This document shows, piece after piece, positions 6,390 through 8,195 of a stretch of DNA of 8,195 bases. A program made the position numbers and the translations under genes. Numbering within the stretch: position 1 is the stretch's first letter; each line of letters opens with the position of its first letter. The DNA comes from Opitutales bacterium (lineage in GTDB: Bacteria; Verrucomicrobiota; Verrucomicrobiia; Opitutales; Intestinicryptomonadaceae): positions 1-8,195 of the forward strand of contig JAXFOH010000103.1 of NCBI GenBank assembly GCA_034180465.1. The letters run 5' to 3'. Under the pieces are notes generated by a model, which was not told the origin of the DNA, did no database searches, and saw only the letters and a program-made list of their open reading frames with translations.

Positions 6390-7637
6390 ATGGAGCATTT
6401 GAAATTTTTAACCGAAGAAAAAGCGATTGAAATCGCCGACAATTACCCGTCGCCCGCATATGTGTACGACAAAAACTCGCTAATTGCCCATGCAAAGGCG
6501 GCGTTGGCCTTCCCCAACGCATTCGGGCTTACCGTGCGCTATGCAATGAAAGCTTCGTCGAACAAAAACATTTTAAAGTTGTTCGACTCGCTCGGCATAC
6601 ATGTAGACGCCTCAAGTGCCTTCGAGGCGCAAAGGGCGATTATGGCGGGAATTGCTCCCGAAAAAATTTCGATTTCGTCGCAGCAGATGCCCGAAAATAT
6701 TGTAGAGCTGGTAAATATGGGCGTAAAATTTAACGCATGCTCGCTTTACCAACTTGAATGCTACGGCAAACTTTTGCCGAACACCGAATTGGGAGTTAGA
6801 ATAAACCCGGGGCTCGGCTCGGGCGGAACAAAAAGGACAAATGTGGGAGGCCCCGCCTCGTCTTTCGGGATTTGGCACGAATTTATCCCCCAAATTTTTG
6901 AAATCTGCAAAAAATACAATTTAAAGATTACAAAAATACACACGCACATAGGCTCGGGGTCAGACCCCGAAGTTTGGCTTAAGGTTGCAAAAATGAGCCT
7001 TTCTACGGTGGAAAAATTTAAGGACGCAACCTGTTTGGATATGGGCGGCGGCTTTAAAGTTGCGCGTATGCTGGGCGAAAAGGCAACCGATTTGCAAAAA
7101 ATTGGCGCGCCTGTTGCCGAAGAAATAAGAAAATTTGCCGAGAGGACTGGAAGAAAAATAAAGTTCGAAATAGAGCCCGGAACCTTTCTTTTGGCGAACT
7201 GCGCGGCCTTGGTTTGCAAGGTTCAAGACATGTGCTCGACGGGCAAAGACGGCTACGAATTTATAAAGACAAATTCGGGCATGACCGACGTGTTGCGCCC
7301 CTCCATTTACGGCGCGCAGCACCCCATAATTATAGTTCAGCGCAACAAATGCCCCGAAACTAAAGACTACATTGTAGTAGGCCACTGCTGCGAAAGCGGC
7401 GACATTCTTACGCCGCTTCCGAACGACCCCGAGGGGCTAATGCCGCGCACGCTGGCAAAGGCCGAAATAGGCGACGTTTGCGTTATAGAAGGCTGCGGCG
7501 CATACTGCTCTAGCATGGCAACAAAAAACTACAATTCGTATCCCGCAGCCCCCGAACTTATGCTAGAGGAAAACGGAACGATAAGGGTTATACGAAAGCT
7601 TCAAACCCTAAGCGAAATTGTTGCCGACGAAATATAA
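6390..7637 (+). CDS. lysA: diaminopimelate decarboxylase (fold-type III PLP enzyme, E. coli LysA type)
   Basis: The 415-aa ORF has the PLP-lysine motif RYAMKASSN (K54, nt 6549-6551). Other family motifs are RINPGLGSGGTKRTNVGGPASSFGIW, HTHIGSGSD, GGGF, EIEPGTFL, CCESGD (nt 7386-7403) and GAYCSSMATKNYNSYPAAPE. These line up block for block with E. coli LysA as I recall it (FAQKACSN, RVNPGFGHGHSQKTNTGGENSKHGIW, HMHIGSGVD, EIEPGRFL, LCESGD, GAYGASMSSNYNSRPLLPE). Confidence 0.9.
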   Translation: MEHLKFLTEEKAIEIADNYPSPAYVYDKNSLIAHAKAALAFPNAFGLTVRYAMKASSNKNILKLFDSLGIHVDASSAFEAQRAIMAGIAPEKISISSQQMPENIVELVNMGVKFNACSLYQLECYGKLLPNTELGVRINPGLGSGGTKRTNVGGPASSFGIWHEFIPQIFEICKKYNLKITKIHTHIGSGSDPEVWLKVAKMSLSTVEKFKDATCLDMGGGFKVARMLGEKATDLQKIGAPVAEEIRKFAERTGRKIKFEIEPGTFLLANCAALVCKVQDMCSTGKDGYEFIKTNSGMTDVLRPSIYGAQHPIIIVQRNKCPETKDYIVVGHCCESGDILTPLPNDPEGLMPRTLAKAEIGDVCVIEGCGAYCSSMATKNYNSYPAAPELMLEENGTIRVIRKLQTLSEIVADEI

Positions 7638-7649
7638 AAGGGCTTATTT

Positions 7650-8060
7650 ATGGTAAAAAGCGTTTCGCACATAAGAGTAAGGTTTTCGGAAACCGACGCA
7701 ATGGGCGTTGTTTACCACAGCAACTACCTAAATTGGTTCGAGGTTGCGCGCGTAGACCTTATGGACAGCATTGGAATGCCCTATAAAAAATTTGCAGAAA
7801 ACAAAATACACCTGCCCGTTGTGGATGCGCACTTGGAATATAAACGCCCAGCCAAGTTCGACGACAAGCTTGAAGTTGTAGCCTACATCGGGGAAGCCCC
7901 AACAGTTAAAATAAAAGTGCAATACGAAGTTTTGCGCGACGGCGTTTTGCTTTGCAAAGGGCATACTACCCACGTTTTCATAGGAGAAAAAGGCACGCCC
8001 GTAAAGCCCCCGAAAGAGTTTTTAGAAAGGTTGCGCGAGCTTGTAAAGGAAGAGCTATAG
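7650..8060 (+). CDS. acyl-CoA thioesterase, YbgC/4-hydroxybenzoyl-CoA thioesterase (hotdog fold) family
   Basis: The 136-aa ORF begins HIRVRFSETDAMGVVYHSNYLNWFEVAR. This matches the YbgC/4HBT signature with the catalytic Asp (E. coli YbgC, as I recall it: [27 protein letters not shown]). Its size is typical of a single hotdog domain. The physiological substrate cannot be inferred. Confidence 0.85.
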   Translation: MVKSVSHIRVRFSETDAMGVVYHSNYLNWFEVARVDLMDSIGMPYKKFAENKIHLPVVDAHLEYKRPAKFDDKLEVVAYIGEAPTVKIKVQYEVLRDGVLLCKGHTTHVFIGEKGTPVKPPKEFLERLRELVKEEL

Positions 8061-8072
8061 CGTATATAAAAA

Positions 8073-8195
8073 ATGAAGAGCGTCGCCGCAATACTGGTTT
8101 TTGTTTTGCTCGCCGTTTTCGGGACGACGCTTAGGGTGCAGTCGGCCTCGGTTAGGATGCCGCACGCCGACGAAGCCGAACAAGCCTACACTTTC
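8073..8195 (+). CDS. hypothetical exported protein, N-terminal 41 codons only (runs off the right edge)
   Basis: Hand translation from ATG at 8073 gives MKSVAAILVFVLLAVFGTTLRVQSASVRMPHADEAEQAYTF with no stop to the window end. It has a signal-peptide-like hydrophobic core with a possible VQSA cleavage context. It starts 12 nt after the thioesterase stop on the same strand. The fragment is too short for any functional call. Confidence 0.5.
   Translation, partial: MKSVAAILVFVLLAVFGTTLRVQSASVRMPHADEAEQAYTF

Noticed and set aside
6368-6410. I considered a lysine riboswitch (L-box) or other leader upstream of lysA. The 9-nt AT-only direct repeat aaattttta (6382-6390 and 6402-6410) flanks the lysA ATG.
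   Set aside because: The dsbD-lysA gap is only 22 nt, far too short for an L-box. The repeat is low-complexity A/T sequence, plausibly chance plus an AT-rich initiation region.
6761-7385. Minus-strand ORFs of 152 aa (6761-7219) and 141 aa (6960-7385) lie antisense to lysA.
   Set aside because: They have no recognisable features and sit opposite strongly supported LysA motif blocks.
7394-7418. An 8-bp GC-rich stem (aagcggcg / cgccgctt, 9-nt loop) overlaps the LysA CESGD codons.
   Set aside because: About one 8-bp stem with a short loop is expected per 8 kb by chance, and it lies in constrained coding sequence with no flanking signal.
7508-7568. A 9-bp inverted repeat (ctctagcat / atgctagag) with a 43-nt spacer lies inside lysA.
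   Set aside because: With spacers up to about 50 nt allowed, roughly one such repeat is expected by chance. It is intragenic and shows no resemblance to terminal inverted repeats or target-site duplications.
7952-8134. A 60-aa plus-strand ORF spans the thioesterase 3' end and the next gene's start.
   Set aside because: It is an Arg-rich out-of-frame translation. The ATG at 8073 gives a much more protein-like signal-peptide N-terminus in a different frame.
7650-8195. I considered whether this is the start of a tol-pal cluster, since ybgC precedes tolQ in proteobacteria.
   Set aside because: The downstream ORF begins with a cleavable-type signal peptide followed by polar sequence, which is unlike the TolQ N-terminus. 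4HBT thioesterases occur in many unrelated contexts.
1-8195. I scanned the whole window for CRISPR arrays, tRNA or rRNA genes, transposase or integrase genes, terminal inverted repeats, toxin-antitoxin pairs and defence-system-like genes.
   Set aside because: I found none. Coding density is near complete, with recognisable housekeeping genes. The only sizeable non-coding stretch is the 96-bp divergent promoter region.

Overview
This looks like an ordinary core-genome window from a diderm (Gram-negative-type) bacterium. I see no convincing evidence of a novel multi-gene system, mobile element, CRISPR array or RNA gene. The minus strand carries a tightly packed cell-elongation operon, mreB-mreC-mreD-mrdA(PBP2). 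It continues into a partial gene for a signal-peptide protein at the left edge, in the position where rodA is often found. A 96-bp AT-rich region (4550-4645) separates this operon from a co-directional plus-strand cluster with gaps of 22, 12 and 12 nt. That cluster holds a three-domain DsbD-type thiol:disulfide reductase, an E. coli-type diaminopimelate decarboxylase (LysA), a YbgC/4HBT hotdog thioesterase and a second partial signal-peptide ORF at the right edge. All catalytic motifs I checked by hand are intact and I saw no frameshifts. The observations worth a second look are small-scale. They are a 13-bp perfect inverted repeat about 90 nt into mreC, a compound 11+7-bp hairpin inside dsbD, and a 9-nt direct repeat that duplicates the TTG start context of mreC. 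The non-rodA gene behind mrdA also belongs in this group, as do the mostly absent Shine-Dalgarno sequences and an EPGT (rather than EPGR) motif in LysA. Lineage cannot be determined from this window; the weak Shine-Dalgarno usage is only loosely suggestive of an FCB-group-like organism. All coordinates and translations were worked out by hand, with no database search.
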